Source of the DNA: an uncultured delta proteobacterium
Lineage (GTDB): Bacteria; Desulfobacterota; WTBG01; CAIYCZ01; CAIRTM01
Assembly (NCBI GenBank): GCA_963804955.1
Contig: CAWDSQ010000030.1
Location: 64,001 to 128,000, forward strand
DNA length: 64,000 nucleotides
Reading direction: 5' to 3'
In this document: positions 62,232-64,000 of the stretch, piece by piece
Position numbering within the stretch: position 1 is the first letter of the stretch
Layout: the number at the start of each line of letters is the position of its first letter
Notes under the pieces: model-generated
The model's database searches: none
Told to the model about the DNA's origin: nothing
The model's input: the letters and a program-made list of their open reading frames with translations, nothing else
Made by a program: the position numbers and the translations under genes

Positions 62232-62978
62232 ATGCTGAAAGTACTGCGTGCCTCTTTGCAGCAGGGGCATCAAACGACTGCCTATCCCGAAATCGAGCCG
62301 GTTCTTCCGGACCGGTTCCGGGGCCTTCCCGTGCTCGACAGGTCTCGCTGCCCTGCGGACTGCAGATTGTGTAGAGATGCCTGCCCGACTGATGCGCTCT
62401 GCGAAGGCCTGAAAATTGATCTCGGCCGCTGCCTGTTTTGCGGCACCTGCAGCCGGGCCTGCCCGGCGGGGGCAATCAGCTTTTCGCAGGACTATCGCCT
62501 GAGCGTTCGAAAACGCGAAGACCTGGTTCTGGACAAAAATGCGTTGAAGCTGGCCGGGGCGCTGGATAAAAAAAGCAAAGCCCTGTTCGGCCGTTCCTTA
62601 AAGCTGCGGCAGGTAAGCGCGGGGGGATGTAATGCCTGCGAAGCGGATACGAATGTTTTGAATACCGTCGGCTGGGACCTGGGCAGGTTCGGCATACAGT
62701 TTGTTGCCTCGCCCCGTCATGCAGACGGTTTGCTTGTTACCGGGCCTGTTTCAGGCAATATGTTTTCAGCGCTTAAAAAAACCTATGATGCTGCCTCCTG
62801 GCCCAAGCTGGTGATCGCCGTCGGGGCCTGCGCCCTTTCCGGCGGCATGTATCGGGACCATCCGGAAGTCAAAAACGGCGCTGATCAGGTTCTGCCGGTT
62901 GATTTATATGTGCCCGGCTGCCCGCCACATCCCCTGACCATTCTTGACGGCCTTCTGCGGCTCCTGGGGAAAATTTAA
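62232..62978 (+). CDS. Ehr small subunit: ferredoxin (HyfH-like) fused to NuoB/HyfI-like domain
   Basis: CRLCRDACP, CLFCGTCSRACP, GGCNACE, SPRHAD, GAC, PGCPPHP. Confidence 0.9.
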   Translation: MLKVLRASLQQGHQTTAYPEIEPVLPDRFRGLPVLDRSRCPADCRLCRDACPTDALCEGLKIDLGRCLFCGTCSRACPAGAISFSQDYRLSVRKREDLVLDKNALKLAGALDKKSKALFGRSLKLRQVSAGGCNACEADTNVLNTVGWDLGRFGIQFVASPRHADGLLVTGPVSGNMFSALKKTYDAASWPKLVIAVGACALSGGMYRDHPEVKNGADQVLPVDLYVPGCPPHPLTILDGLLRLLGKI

Positions 62979-63019
62979 TTCAAACCCTGCTTGTGAGCCT
63001 TCACATTTGATTTTGTAGG

Positions 63020-63196
63020 CCCCCTCACCCCAACCCTCTCCCATCAGGAGGCTGTCATCTCGACCGAAGGGAGAGATCTTTGTAATAAGTAAAATCAAGG
63101 GCTTAAGATTTCTCACCGCCTGCGGCGGATTCGAAATGACATTAATAAATCAATTGCGTCACAGCCGCTGATGGGAGGGGATTAAGTGGAGGGTGA
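63020..63196. repeat. Nested palindromic repeats
   Basis: Outer CCCCTCACCCCAACCCTCTCCCATC / GATGGGAGGGG...GAGGGTGA; inner GTCATCTCGACC...TTCGAAATGAC. Confidence 0.55.
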
Positions 63197-63801
63197 TCGC
63201 AACTGATAATTTCAAATGTGATGATCCACTAGTATTCGAGCCGGGTCCATACTCCGCGGCGGAAAGTAATCTCTGTCTACAAGCAGGGGGTCAAAATTTC
63301 GATCCCCTGCGAAAAACCAGGATTGCCACGGCGGACACCCTGCAATGATAGTCGCTGGAATTTTCGCGATTGCATCAGCTTTGAAGATATACAGATTATT
63401 TTACAGCCCCTCTGATTTTTTTTCGCCAATTCCTAACGATATGCCCTTCAAACATAAAAAACTAACACTTTTATGTTTATAATGTGAACAGAGTCCAATA
63501 CTTCCAATATGTTGATTTTCCATGTTTTTGTCAAAACGCCTCTTGATTCGTTGTTTAGGTGTAAAAAATTTAAACAAATACGTCTTCCTATGATCGTGGA
63601 TTTGTTTATTTTATGAACATTTTATTGATAAAATTTAATATTTTTTTATATTTTTATTAAAATTTTGAGTAAAATTTTGACATAAATCCGGTCTTGGTAT
63701 AATTATTGTATATATATAGGTGAGAGCAGAGATGAATGAACTAATACGTTATAGTTTATTTATATTTAAAACCATTAAAGAGAGAGCAGAAGGAGGAAAC
63801 A

Positions 63802-64000
63802 ATGTCGGAAGTTGTTAAAAACAAAGGTTGGTCGGTGACATGCGGCGGGCTGGGCATTAATCTTGCCCTTGGAATACTCTATGCCTGGAGTATGTTTAAA
63901 GGCGCCATAGAGAAATCCATAAAAGCAGGCGGTGAAGGCGCGTTTACCTGGGATATGTCTCAGCTGAATGACCCCTATTCAGTATGCTGCCTTGTTTTTG
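63802..64000 (+). CDS. MFS transporter, oxalate/formate antiporter (OFA)-like, 5' part
   Basis: SD AAGGAGG; MSEVVKNKGWSVTCGGLGINLALGILYAWSMF; runs off window end. Confidence 0.85.
   Translation, partial: MSEVVKNKGWSVTCGGLGINLALGILYAWSMFKGAIEKSIKAGGEGAFTWDMSQLNDPYSVCCLVF

Overview
Chromosomal window from an anaerobic bacterium, inferred from gene content to be Desulfobacterota/deltaproteobacterium-like. Core blocks: uvrA (partial), xseAB-ispA-dxs-tlyA, bioFHC, desulfoferrodoxin, a dicarboxylate/respiration block (malic enzyme, two-subunit fumarase, acyl-CoA ligase, sucCD, cNMP protein-sdhCAB-Rieske-cytochrome b), a TetR-controlled FAD/CCG oxidoreductase cluster, a tetraheme cytochrome and a giant Cys-rich repeat protein with a shared C-terminal module, and an Ehr (hydrogenase-like, Ni-site-less) complex. 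The most interesting part is the accessory stretch at about 10.4-17.8 kb. (1) An IS110/IS1111-type element sits in a GTAG-type REP; its ends, core, circle-junction promoter and bridge-RNA guide segments can all be read from the sequence. (2) Two copies of a promoter plus tandem SAM-II-like riboswitch, each aptamer with its own intrinsic terminator, precede non-methionine genes. (3) An unidentified ~185-nt structured RNA appears co-transcribed with a 6S-like RNA. Many genes carry single-base frameshifts that look like long-read assembly errors. All calls are by eye; no searches were run.
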